From NCBI GenBank assembly GCA_964016885.1, contig OZ024744.1, positions 27,528,001 through 27,592,000 on the forward strand: DNA of 64,000 nucleotides, in the 5' to 3' direction. The translations under genes and the position numbers were made by a program. Of the stretch, positions 45,583-62,203 are shown piece by piece (the first letter of the stretch is position 1; every line of letters begins with the position of its first letter). The notes under the pieces were generated by a model. It was given only the letters and a program-made list of their open reading frames with translations. It made no database searches and was not told where the DNA came from. The stretch comes from Eledone cirrhosa. Lineage: Eukaryota.

Positions 45583-48500
45583 AGATAGATAGATATATAG
45601 ATAGGGAGATAGATATATTTCTTTATTTGCCACAAGGGCGCACAAGAAAAGGGGACAATACAAAGACATGCCGGGGATTTTACATACAGTCGTGTAAAAA
45701 AATATAAAACAAACAATTATAACAATCGAAATCCCCAATAGGGGGGAGGCGCCACAAATGGGTTGTTTAAAACCCCGTCGATAGAACAACCCTCAACTTC
45801 AGGAGCGTGTTGTGCAAGTGCTCCTTTCTTCCTTTTGCTCTCTTCTTTAACCTACAGGCTTATAAACAGAGAAGGCCCAATCACTCGGGCCATTTTCGCT
45901 TCATTCACCCACCTTTCAGTAAATTTACTGGGGTGCAGTGCCTCTCTCTCCACTCTGATTCTCCTTCTAAAGTGATACTTAAAGAAGGGAATCAATTGTT
46001 GTCCGGAGAGAAAGGCAACTGTCCTCAGTTCTCTCAATCTCGTCCACCATATAACCTCTTTCACCATAGACACTCTACAGAGTAAAACCGCCTCTCTTTC
46101 GTTTTTGAAAGAGGCTGGCGGTTTGATCCTTACTATGGACTCGGCAGTCAACTGGATTTGTCCCATATGCGACAGCAGTTGTTCTGCATAGTTCCACAGG
46201 TTGGTTACGCCCGGGCAGTGTACAATTGCGTGCAGGGCGGTTTCAATGTCCTGCGCGCATCTTGGACACGTCCTCTTGGAAGGATCCCTGCCGGCGCGTC
46301 GGTGCCTGTAGATCTTGTCACGAACCGGTAGAGCTCCTCGGTAGCACTGCCAGGCCAGAGACCTCTGGAAGTTGTCCATAGGTCCCGGGCGGAAAGTACT
46401 ACCAAACGACTAGTGTGTCTCTCCGAGCACATCGTTGCCCTTGTAACGTACAATCCCTCTGTAGAATGTCGAAGTGGAGTCTCCACTGATTGCTGCGCCC
46501 GCTTGCCAGAGGACTGTGTGCGCCTGAGCGCATTCAATGTGCCAGGCGCCCATCGTTTTCGGTCTTTTCTTGACCCAGGAATGCAGCTCCGTCAGCGAGA
46601 CGAGCTGCGGGAAAGCCTGTCTCACAAACGGTGCCAACACCGGTTAGGGTTCGGTAAGGAATACCCGGAGTTGCCGCAGCCTCAGCGCATGTTTGCGCAT
46701 CATCAGCCACGGCATTCCCAGCCCTCCGTTGGAAGGGTGCTGAGAGCAGACGGATCTCCTCGCCAGCGGAGTCTGCTTTTTCCACAGAAACTGGAAGAGC
46801 ATGCGTTCCATCTTGGCGGAGTGTTCACGGGGGACAAGGCACGACAGTCAAGCGGTAGTAGATGACGGACGTTAGGAAAGTGTTCGCCACCTCCTCTCGA
46901 CCTTTCAAAGACAGTTTGCACTCTGCCCACTTCTGGGTGAGTGCAAACACCTTGGCCATGACCTCGTTCCAGTTTTTCTCCACCTGGAAGTCTGGACCTA
47001 ACCAGACCCCTCTCCATGTACCGAGTTGCAAACCGATAGACTTGTCCGGGTTTAGTTTTGCTCCAGTCAGCGTTTCGTATTCATTCAGTAAGTTGCCGAT
47101 CACCCCGATTTCCGAGGTGCTCGATACCATTACCGTCATGTCGTCCGCATAAGCCGACGTCGCTTTGCGCAGTCCCGGTTCTAGAGGGATGCCCTGCAAC
47201 AGCTCCAATTTCCGCAGTAGTGGCTCTAGAGTCAATACATACAGAATGGAGGTGAGAGGGCACCCCTGTCGAATGGAAAGCGTGATTGGGGACGGCTCCG
47301 ATAGGTAGCCGTTCACCTTGACTCTCGAGCAGATTCTGGTGTGCATCGTCTCGATCCAGCCTCTGAAAACGGGACCGAAATCGGCCGCCTTGAGAACCGC
47401 TTCCAAGTATCGATGGTTGACCCTATCGAATGCCTTAGACTGATACAAATTGATCAGAGCCCCACCGAAGCCGGGTTTATTACCCACCCTCTCTATGATG
47501 TATCGCAGGAGGTGGAGGTTGTCGTGTATGGACCTGGTCGGAATTGCACACGTTTGCGCTTTCCCTACCAGGTTCTCGACGACAAACGCCAACCTCTTCG
47601 CTAGCACCTTGGCCAAAATCTTTAACTCTGTGTTGAACAGAGTTATAGTCCTGAAGTTGTTAATTTCGTCCCCCTTGTTCTCGTCTTTCCTGATCAGCAT
47701 TACTACGCCCTTGCCTGCAGAACTGGGAATTCTACCGTTCTGCTGCCAATTGCAGTAAACGGCTTCGAGGACGCCAGAGAAGAAGTCCGGCATGCCAATG
47801 TAAAATTCATAGGGTAGACCATCTAGACCGGGTGACTTGCGTTTCCCGCAGCGGCCCATGGCGTCCCGTATCTCAGTCTTCGTGATCGGTCTTTCGCAGA
47901 ACTCGGCGTCCGTGTTGGAGGTATGAACAAAAGTACATTGCCACGTTCGGCTCACCGTCCTTCTGCTCAAACAGTTGCGCAAAATGCTGCTGAAAGACCA
48001 CGCACATTTGCTTGGGGTCAAGTAGCACGCGTCCGTTTTGGTCATTCAAAGACCGAATCGTGGACTTTTTGCCTCCGCTACTCGGGCTCAGCTAACAGCT
48101 TTCGCTCCTTCGTTTCCTAGAGCACGTGTTTTGCTTCTGACCACGCAGCCTTCGTGTTTAGCATCGAAGAACTGGTACAGTGCCGTTCTCGACGCTAACA
48201 CTCTAGCCGCGTTGACACTTCTAAATGCCTCCTCTACCTTGGCTACTAGTTCTCTTTCTATTTTGTTTTTCTCTAAGGCTACTCTCTGCTAAACCCTATC
48301 GATTCTACTTTAATTGCTTTCTTGAGAGAGTACCACCATCTATTGTTGACGATGGCTCCCGTTAACTGTTGCTTGACTAGTCTACTGTAAGCTTTACGTG
48401 CCGGCAACGACACGTTAAGCTTCAGGTATCCGGGTCCCTGTCTATGTGTTCTGTCACGGTTGATTATGCAGACGACTAGTTTGTGATCTGAAGAGGCAAC

Positions 48501-50430
48501 CATGTGCATTCGTGGACAGCTTAACATCTCCTTTTCCCTTTCTCTAATGAAGAACCTATCTAAATACGATCTAGATGTCCCGCTGCGGTTTGCCCACGTC
48601 CACTGTGGTGCAGTCGGGAAATCCAGTCGATACCTATCGGCCAGTTGGAATTGGCCGATTAAAGCTTTGATGCTGTTGCACCCCCTCCCCTTTACGGGGA
48701 CATGCTCCCACATAGTCCCATCGTGCATCTAGGATAACATTCCAGTCCCCCCACTGAAAGTAAGGAGCGAGACGTTCCCAGAAAAGACTCTAGAAGCTTA
48801 AAGAAGTCTGGCCGTGATTGCGATTGCCCGGTCGAGGCATAAACGGCCACCAGTCTGAAGGCTCCACCTCCAATAATGTTCACGTCTAGGACTACCAGTC
48901 TACTCTCCGGGTCCAAGTGTACTTGCTGTACTTCGACGTCCAGGTACTTCCGAAACATGACAGCCACTTCCCTTCCACCTCCTTGCTGACAGAGAGATGC
49001 GTAGATCTCAAAGTCGTCGAAGATGGGGGTTAATTGCTGCCTCTTGTGGATCCTGGACTCGGTGATAGCTATTACAATATTACTTGTCGTTGTGGTTGCT
49101 TTGATTTTGGTGTTGGTAATAGTGTTTTTTTAATGATGTTGTTGTAGTGTGTTTGTGAAGTACAGGAGGCCTTTAGGTGTGTTGTGCTACCACTGTGAAA
49201 GCAACGTGGTTTACGCCCCTCCACCGAAATATTTATTTTGTTGTTGTCGTCGATGATGACTTTTTCGGTTATTTTGGAGATTCTCTCCAGCCTCATCTGT
49301 ATCAGAATCTCCAAATCACTACCCGCCCACCTTTGTCTAATAGTCTTTCGTATTGAAAGAATAGCATCAGTCTCTGGCTCCACGAAGCCAGCTAAGATCC
49401 ACTAGATGTTAATGTTTGGTGGTATATTTTATTTTTTTATTTTTTGTGTCCTTTTTCCCATGTAGGTAGGGAAAAAGGTGAATGCTTTTGACACCATTGG
49501 TGTCACAGAATGTTTTGGGGTGAGTGCCTCGCTTTTAAACAGTACGGAAATACTTCCGTAGTTTTCCTCGTCGAAGAAAGTCAATATTTTCTAGAGTCTC
49601 CTTCAAAGTGGCTTCTATGTCTCCTTGACTCACAAATATTGGCTTTCTCGTTGTGTTTGAGACAGTCCTGAAGGTCACTGTCCTTCCAACTGTCTCTTCT
49701 TTTATTTCGAGGGGTGAGTTGTTTCTAAACCCACCCTTGTCTTCGAAAGTTACAAATGTTCTCCCTTGATGGAGCATATCTCTTGCATTGGAGATGTCAA
49801 GATTTATAAAATCTTGTTTTTTGTTCACTGTATCAGCGAAAAAGATTTTTTTTGTGGTGTTGTTGTTGTTGTTGTTGTTTTTGTTTTTGTCGTCGTTGTC
49901 AGCCTCGGTGTTAGAAATCGCAATTTCTTGACGAGGTAAAATTTTATCTGTAGATGTATCTGTGGAGTTGCTGTTGTTGGCTGTTTCATGTGTATCTATA
50001 TTAATAGGTTTAATTCCTGTGTGTTTCCCGTGTGTTATTTATCGCCGCTTCGACAGTAGAAATTTTTAAATGTTCAATTGGCAAAATTTGTTTTCCTTGT
50101 TGACAGTCGTATCCATGTATCCATGACGACGTCCATAGTGGCAGAAGCAGACATAACGTTAATACCTACCTTTCTACCTCTCTTCTCTCTTTAACATTCT
50201 TCGGCGTTTTTTCGAGTTATTCATATTTTATAGTCGGCAAAATTTGATTTCTTTAAACAATTTACAAATTAAATTTTCGCCCCTAAAGGGGCGTAAAATA
50301 GGATTGCACCGAGCTGACAATTCAGCTTGGTGGTTAATCTACAAAATGATATGTTTTTTTCAAACAATTTGTTCTGTTTTTTGTATAGAAATTTACAAAA
50401 AAGCTTGCCAGCGATGTTCCACACGTCAGG
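45583..50430 (-). mobile_element. Near full-length degenerate Tx1-clade LINE (ORF1 + ORF2)
   Basis: ORF1 remnants at 50120-49072 with a zinc-knuckle-like RCFHSGSTTHLKASC. APE endonuclease at 49070-48279 (SYLDRF, SDHK). RT at 48045-46825 (KSPGLDGLP, RQGCPL, SAYADD). zf-RVT at 46379-45852. AATAAA followed by a (TATC)n tail. Confidence 0.9.
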
Positions 50431-50431
50431 C

Positions 50432-50472
<41 letters not shown>

Positions 50473-51466
50473 TGTTTCTTTTATTTGCCACCAGGGCATC
50501 AAAAGTGGGACAAGTACAAAAGGGGAAGTTTACAAAACAAGGCGTCCTCAATAGTGAGGAGGCAATAACAATATATAAAAATAAAATAAAATATAACAAA
50601 AAATAAAATTTATAACAAAGTCCTCAATAGAGAGGAGGCGCCTTGGGGGGGTCGCACACACCCCCGAAAAAAAGTGTGCAACCCTTTTCCTCGGGAGCAC
50701 AGAGAGGGGGTACTCCCTTGGTCTTTCATCTTCCTCACCTATAGTCTGATGTAGAGTGAAGGCCCATTCACACGGGCCATTCTCGCCACTTTCACCCATC
50801 TTTCATAAAAACGGCTGGGGTGCAGCACCTCTCTCTCCATCCTGATCCTTCTTCCGAAATGATATCGGAAGAAACGGACCAGTTGTTGGCCAGAGAGAAA
50901 GGTGTTTGACCTCAGTCCTTTCAGACGCGTCCACCATACAACCTCTTTCGCCATGGCTATTACGCACAGAAACACCGCCTCTTCTTCGTTTTTGAAGAGG
51001 GGAGGCGACTTGATCGTTACAATAGACTCGGTGGTCAACCGGATCGGTCCCACCCTTGACAGCAGTTGTTCGGCATAGCCCCACAGATCGGCAATGCCCG
51101 AGCAGTGTACCAATGCGTGTGCAACGGTTTCCTCGTCGCACACGCATCTGGGACAGATCTTTTTCGAGGGGTCCCTACCCGGGCGCCCGTGTCTGTAGAG
51201 CCTTTCTCGAACGGGCAGAGCCCTTCTGTAGCATTGCCAGGCCAGGGACCTCTGGAAGTTATCCATGGGTCCCGGGCTGAATGTCCTACCGAACAGGTTA
51301 GCCAGTTCGTCTTCCTCCATGCCTAGGGCTTCTCCGAGGGCGTCGTCGCACCTGCTAACCACCAGCCCTCTATAGAATGACGAGGTGGATTCTCCACTAA
51401 CAGCCGGGTCCGCCTGCCAGAGAGCCGTGAGCGCCTGGGCACACTCGGTGTGCCAGGCGCCCAGTT
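50431..51466 (-). mobile_element. 5'-truncated Tx1-clade LINE with (TATC)n tail
   Basis: ORF 50739-51362 (CPRC..ETVAHALVHC). Tail (GATA)n on + at 50432-50472. Confidence 0.88.
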
Positions 51467-55245
<3,779 letters not shown>

Positions 55246-55392
55246 TAGATAGATAAATTTCTTTATTAGCCACAAGGGCACGAAAGAAGGGGACAAATAC
55301 AAATGGGGAGTTTACATACAGGTATATGAAAATAAAACTATTAATACAGATAGATAGATAGATAGACATACATACAGACAGACAAATAGATA

Positions 55393-55395
<3 letters not shown>
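55246..55395 (-). mobile_element. ~95-bp 3'-terminal Tx1 fragment flanked by (TATC)n on both sides
   Basis: 55255-55345 matches 51580-51672; GATA repeats on either side. Confidence 0.75.
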
Positions 55396-55446
<51 letters not shown>

Positions 55447-55714
55447 AAAATGTTCAAGACCCCGACGGCAGAGCTCAAGCCTTTTACTATTACCCACTCT
55501 ACTACCCTATGTATTGAGTACTCTGGTGCGTAATGGTCCACCTGGTATATATATATATAGAGAGAGAGAGAGGGGGTAGGGGGAGAGAGAGAGATATGGA
55601 GAGGGTGGGCTAGATGAATTAGTCCAGCTGGTGTGAGTTAAGCGGAAGTAAAATACATGGATTGAAACACAACCACGTTACTGATGAGGGAAGACATGAA
55701 ACGGTCTGATTAGG

Positions 55715-56870
55715 AGTGGTGGTGTTGGTTGTGGTGGTGATGGTGGTAGTGTGTGGTGGTATTGATGGTTGTGGTGGTGATGGTGGTAGTGTGTGGTGGT
55801 ATTGATGGTTGTGCTGGTGGTGGTGGTGTTGGTGACGGTGGTGGAGGTGGTATTGATGGTGTGGTGGTGATGGTGGTGGTGGTGGTTGGTGGTGGTGGTG
55901 GTGATGTAGTGGTGGTGGTGGTATTGATGGTGGTGGTGGTGGTGGTGTTGGTGGTGTTGGTGGTAATGATCGTGGTGTTGATGGTGGTGGTGGTGATTGT
56001 GGTGGTGGTGTGTGGTGGTATTGATGGTTGTGCTGGTGGTGGTGGTGTTGGTGGCGCTGGTGGTTACGGTGGTAGTGGTGGTGGTGGTGGTGGTGGTGGT
56101 GGTGGTGGTGGTGGTGGTGGTAGTGGTGGCGTGGTGGAGGTGATGGTGTTGGTGGTATTGATGGTTGTGGTAGTGGTGGTGGCGGTGGTGGTGGTAGTGG
56201 TGGGGATGGTGGTGGTGGTGGTAGTGGTGGTATTGATGGTGGTGGTGGTGGTGGTGGTGGTCGTCGTGTTGGTAGTGGTGTTGGTGGTAGTGCTGGTAGT
56301 GGCGGTGGTGGTGGTAGTGTTGGTGGTGGTGTTGTTATTGGTGATGGTTGTGGTGGTGGTTGTAGTGGTGGTGGTGTTGGCGGCAGTGGTTTTGATGGAG
56401 GTCGTATTGGTTGTAGTGTATGTAGTGGCAGTGATGGTGATAATGGAGGTGGTGGTGGTTGTAGTGGTGGTAGTAGTGGTGGTAGTAGTGGTGGTAGTAG
56501 TGATGGTAATTGTGTTGGCGGTGGTGGGGTGTTTCTAGTGGTGATTGTGATGATGTTGCTGGTAGTTGTGGTTGTGGTGGTGGTGGCGGTATTAGTGGTA
56601 GTAGTGGTAGTGTTGGTGGTAGTGGTGGTGGGGGTGGTAGTGGTGTTAGTGTTAGTTGTTGTATTGGTGTTGGTGGTAGTGGTGGTAGTGGTCGTGGTGG
56701 TGGTGGTGGTGTTGTTGGTGGTAGTGGTGGTAGTGATGGTGATGTTGGTGGTAGTGGTGTTCGTGGTGGTGGTGTTGGTGGTAGTGGTGGTAGTGGTGGT
56801 GGTGGTAGAGGTGGTGGTCGTCGTCGTGGTGGTAGTGGTGGTGGTGGTGGTGGTGGTGGTGGTGGTGGAT
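55715..56870. repeat. Degenerate (GGT)n tract
   Basis: Direct inspection. Confidence 0.95.
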
Positions 56871-56944
56871 TGATGGAGAACCAGAATAAGCGTCTCAGAG
56901 AAAGACAGAGAGATTGATGTAGAAAGAGAGTCACACTGAAAGAC

Positions 56945-57417
56945 AAGAATAACAACAACACCAACAACCACAACTACTACTACAACAACAACAGCTACAA
57001 CAACAACAATCACAACAGCTACACCAACAACAACAATAACAACACCAACAACAGCCACAACAACAACAACAGCCACAGCAACAACAGCAACAACAACAGC
57101 CACAGCAACAACAACAACAACAACAACAGCAACAACAACAACAGCCACAGCAACATCAACAGCCAGAACAACAACAACAATAACAACAACAGCAACAACA
57201 ACAGCCACAGCAACAACAACAATAACAACAACAACAGCTACAACAACAACAGCCACAGCAACAACAACAATAACAACAACAACAGCTACAACAACAACAG
57301 CCACAGCAACAATAACAGCCACAACAACAACAATAACAACAACAGCCACAACAACAACAATAACACCAACAGCCACAGCCTCAACAACAGCCACAACAAC
57401 AACAACAACAACAACAA
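56945..57417. repeat. (CAA)n / ACAGCC tract
   Basis: Direct inspection. Confidence 0.9.
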
Positions 57418-57637
57418 AATCCAGGGTTTTTCTGCTTTTGTATTTGTATCATTCGTTATTAGTTTTTAATTTTTCAGGAAATAGAATTGATGTGTTTAGA
57501 AGGATTAAGTGAACTAATTTGTAATTTGATACACAGGAAACGACATTATTGTGGTCCAAGCAGCAAATTATTCAAATGAACAACTTCAATTAAATATGCT
57601 TACATGTCAGAATGAAATCACAGATATATTTTCAATT

Positions 57638-59063
57638 GATGACGAGTGCACTGGCATCGGAGTGGCCCAACGACTCGGCCTCCACGTGTGTGAGCCGATA
57701 ACGAGTGCGCTGGCATCGGAGTAGCCCAACGACCCGGCCTCCACGTGTGTGAGCCGATAACGAGTGCGCTGGCATCGGAGTGGCCCAACGACTCGGCCTC
57801 CACGTGTGTGATCCACATAAATGTCACTGCGGGGCGGTAGTTGAAAGTATACAAATGTCCATAGCAACTGTGATGACATAAAATATAGGTGTTCTTTCAG
57901 GCGGATCTAGTCTGGCTTGAACTAACACCACCCCGCCTGCCTCCGCTCCGCTTCTCAGCCAAACAGTAGCACGTAGCTCTACTCGGTGCCCTCCTCATCA
58001 ATCGGTACCCTTCTTGATGACGAATGCACTGGCATCGGAGTAGCCCAACGACCCATCCGCTGCGTGTGTGAGCAACATAAATACCGTTGCAGGGTGGTTG
58101 TTTACAAGTTGGGCCTGCACCCACTGTCTTATCGCCAGAGCGCATGCAGGTTCCCCCAATATACCGTTCTCAACAAAGTATTGAGAAGGAGCCCTGGACG
58201 CAGCTGGCTTTCCATGACAACTAGAGCTAGTAGGCCTCGACAGCTGAGTCGGCAAGCGTCCCGATGGAATCACCCTTTTCCATTCGAAGGAGGTAATTTC
58301 TTCATCTGGGACGCCACATGTTGTGACATGTTCTCCACCTCCAACTTAGTCTCTTTGGCCACAAACCCCGGTACCGCGGCCCGCTATGCAGAGGAAAGGA
58401 AGATATGCAAATACTGGAGATTGTCCGGACGTTTCCTCTTCCCACCGGCGGCTGTTGAGACCTCAGGTGTACTTATTCCCCGTACTGTCGAGCTCCTGCG
58501 CAACATCGGAACGTCGGCGGCCCGTCTGAGGAAGGAACCCCGCAAAGCGGGGTGCAGTTTCAGTGGGTGTCGCTGGCCATTGTCCGCAGGAATGCTTATG
58601 CGGCCCTGTCCGCGGGGCGCAGCCCATTACCGGCGCACCCTAGGCCCAGAGTCTGATAACCCTTCCCCCCTTCCCATTCTTCTGTGACATTAGAGCCCTT
58701 GCCTTTTCTTTCCTTTCCATTTTTTATATTGTTTTATATTTGAGGATGGTCATGTTATAATATTGCAGAAATATATAATAAAACACACTCACTGTTTGAT
58801 TTTGGTTGGTTTTCGCTTCAGTATATTTTATATGTCTATAATCAATTCAGCTGGCAATCAATATTTATCATTGATTGATCAACAGTTAAAAATATAGAGT
58901 TCCTTCGTCACACACCTGTGACATCATCAGTGATACTAATATGTTTCTTCCCGTTGTATTGGTGTAATATTTTCTTATTCTAGTTTTATATTTTCCTATT
59001 TTACATTCCATTCTTTCTTCTCAATCTAAATATTCCTTTTTCTTTTACTAATAAACTGTAATT
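57638..59063 (+). mobile_element. 5'-truncated CRE-like non-LTR retrotransposon (Zn finger + restriction-like endonuclease), flanked by 50-bp direct repeats
   Basis: ORF 57986-58687 has SIGTLLD..VAQR...LGLHPLS...WDATCCD...AARYAEERKICKY...AVETSG; a shifted frame reads QWVSLAIVRRNA. AATAAA at 59050. Repeats at 57588-57637 and 59064-59113. Confidence 0.75.
58725..58965 (-). mobile_element. Solo PLE terminus related to 34425-34700, inserted in the CRE-like 3' UTR
   Basis: tatattgtt...aacacactcactgtttg..ggttttcgcttc is shared with 34425-34510. Confidence 0.65.
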
Positions 59064-59205
59064 AATTAAATATGCTTACACGTCAGAATGTAATTACAGA
59101 TATATTTTCAATTAACGTTTGGATATTATAATGATAATTAAAATTCTGAGATTCTTTAGCATTAATTGATTGTAAAGACTGTTACTGCTAGAAATTTAGA
59201 TAATC

Positions 59206-59265
<60 letters not shown>

Positions 59266-59384
59266 CGGTGGTGGCAGTGGTGGTGGCGGTGGTGGTGTTG
59301 ATAGTGGTGGTAGTAGTAGTAGTAGTAGTGGTGGTGGTGATGATGTAGTAGTAATAGTAGTAGTACTGGTGTTGGTGGTGGTGA

Positions 59385-59445
<61 letters not shown>

Positions 59446-59560
59446 TGTAGTAGTAGTAGTAGTAGTACAAGAAGTAGGAGGCGGTGGGTGGTAGTAGTAG
59501 TGATGGTGGGGCTGGTAGTATTAGTAGTAGTAGTGGTATTGATGGTGGTAGTAGTAGTCG
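59206..59560. repeat. (TAG)n/(TGG)n tract
   Basis: Direct inspection. Confidence 0.9.
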
Positions 59561-60020
59561 TGTCGGGTAAGAAACTAATTTTAATGTGCAGTTGTCTTAT
59601 ATTTCATGAGATACTTATTAAATTGTCGCTGGTGTGAGTGTGTGTGTGTGTGTTTGTGTGTGTATAGGTATGAATGTATATATATATGTATATACGAGTA
59701 TTTATACATAGATATGTATATTTACACACACACAAACACACACACGTACACACTCTCACAGCCTCCCCTTTTATATATATCCAGGGAGTGTAACCCGGAG
59801 TTACTGTAGGTTCACCCAGGTGAGCACTCAATGTTTAGGTTCACTTCAGTATCGAGGTGTAGAGCTAGACAGAGTGTAGTATATTCATTCTGTCTTTACC
59901 ACCAAAGAGATCCGACGAGCCATTGATTACGGAGTCCGGCTAGATCGATACAGATTGAACCATGAGCTGATCAATAGCGAAACGCACGTGACCAACCAAT
60001 AGACTATATATATATATATA

Positions 60021-60403
60021 TTAGAAAGTGAGGTTTTTTTTACAAAATGAAAAATAACCGAGGTGTCCTACACGAGTGGAAGTATAAAGAAAAAGGGATG
60101 AAATCGAAAATGCAACTGAAGTCTTATTTTTTTTTAAAATATATATATTTATTTGGTTCCTTTACCGGTTTCGCAGTTCTTCTGCTTTTCAAAAGGTGAG
60201 TTGAGATGGAGGGTCTGTGGTTTTTCTCACATCTGTGAGAAAAACCACAAACCCTCACAGATGTGAGAAAAACCACAGACCCTCCATCTCAACTCACCTT
60301 TTGAAAAGCAGAAGAACTGCGAAACCGGTAAAGGAACCAAATAAATATATATATTTTTTTAAAAAATAAGACTTCAGTTGCATTTTCGATTTCATCCCTT
60401 TTT

Positions 60404-60410
<7 letters not shown>
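60021..60410. mobile_element. Palindromic PLE-terminus insertion in (TA)n, same family as 23823-24198
   Basis: Inverted arms, each with a hammerhead motif. Confidence 0.8.
60297..60334 (+). ncRNA. Minimal hammerhead ribozyme with U3:A8 core (mirror at 60159-60196 on -)
   Basis: CCTT-TTGAAAA-GCAG aagaa CTGC-GAAA-CCGG-TA^AAGG. Confidence 0.7.
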
Positions 60411-60437
<27 letters not shown>

Positions 60438-61006
60438 CGATGAAATACCAATGAAGGTTGGAAGATCACTGAGGAAGGACTAATTTTATTCATATGTAAC
60501 CCATGTGCAACTACGCAGCACGCCATTTTTTTTATATTTATATTTTTTCCTCAGCTGCGATTGTCTGTTTCTTTCTTACTGCTTCCCCTCTCTGTGTATC
60601 TCTCACCTTCTTTTTACCCCCTCTACCAGTCACACTTTCTCTCGGCTGGCCTCTTCCTCACACTTCCACTAACTCACTATCTGGTTCTCCCCCTCTCTCA
60701 CTTCCTCCCGTTTGACCTGTGTGAAATCCTTTTCTCGCTCCCATCTCACCCATGTCGGATGGTCTGTATATCTCGTCCATGAATTCACCAAGCTTATGCT
60801 TATAGATATCCTGTACTTGTCTCTTCCTATCTTTCCGTTGCCATACCATCTTTGTTTGTTGACATGTCTCGCTCGCTTCACGCTATTTTACTTGTCCCAA
60901 TAACTTTATTTAGTTATTGCTCGCACCAACCAGAGGTATATGAGTTTTAAAGCGATGAAATACCAATAATGAAGGTTGGAAGATCACTGATGAAGGACAA
61001 ATTTCA

Positions 61007-61052
<46 letters not shown>

Positions 61053-61140
61053 AGAGTTAAACAAGATTCAATGAATACATCAAAGAATTAGTTTTACAAT
61101 AGATAGGAAGCACTCCACAGCTATTATTTTCCAGAGTTAT

Positions 61141-61888
61141 TAATATTAATTCAAAATATAAACAAAATAGATATTCTTGTGATCAATTATATTTTATTAT
61201 ACATATTTCAGAGGTACAGAATTAAGTTCAACAGTACGTGCTCATCAGATAAAATAAAATGATACAATTTGAATTTTAGAAATCTACATAATTATATTAT
61301 AATATTAATACAAATACCTATTAACTTTTAAAACCTAAAATTTGATTCTTTACCCTGAAATAACATAACTTAAATATTTTGAAAATTAACCGCCAACTAT
61401 ACTACATAAGAATCTGTGTGTAGAAACTTGAACATAAATTACTCCCCTTTGTCTCTCTCTCCCTTTAATCATCTTTCATCTGTCTTCTCAAGCTAAATAC
61501 TAAATAAGTTATCACATCAGCTGTTTCTTCCTATATGCTTTCCTTTCCCTCCTCTTTCTCTAGTAGTTTTTAAAAATTAAAAAATGTTATTACTGTTATA
61601 TTGATGCCATGTATTTCTTAAAATATATTACTCATACACTCTCTATTGTTTTTATTACGTTTTCACATGCTCTCAATATTAGGGTATAAATATTGAGTTT
61701 TGTCATAAGTTAATCACTACCTTGATTAAATATTAACCATCTACCCTGTCAGGGTATGTCATGTATCATTTTATTTTATCTGATGAGGACGTACTGTTGA
61801 ACTTAATTCAGTATCTCTGAAATATGTATAATAAAATATAATTGATCACAAGAATATCTATTTTGTTAATATTTTGAATTAATATTAT
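61141..61888. mobile_element. PLE-terminus remnant with ~125-bp inverted arms
   Basis: 61141-61265 is inverted at 61763-61888. CTGATGA...GAAATATGTA motif at 61780-61828. Confidence 0.65.
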
Positions 61889-62203
61889 ATATATATAGCA
61901 ACCAGCCCACTCGCCGTAAGCAACTAATCACATTCTTCCTAACTTGACCACTGCCACGTCACGATTCTTAGCCATTTTTGAATCTATTTTTGGCGGGATC
62001 TCTTTGGAAAATTACCTGTCCTATGAGTTTGTCTCCTGATAAGTTCGAAACTCGAGATTTTATCCTTAATAGGATATCTCGAAACACGAACGACACACCA
62101 GGGTAGGGACACAATCAGGGTAAGAGTGTACGTATTTCTTCTAACTTTAATTTTATACCTAATTGTGTATGGTTGACGGTATATTTAGTCGATTTCTATA
62201 TGC

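Noticed and set aside
55619-57394. 591-aa Val/Thr/Pro ORF
   Set aside because: It spans adjacent trinucleotide tracts and has no domain content.
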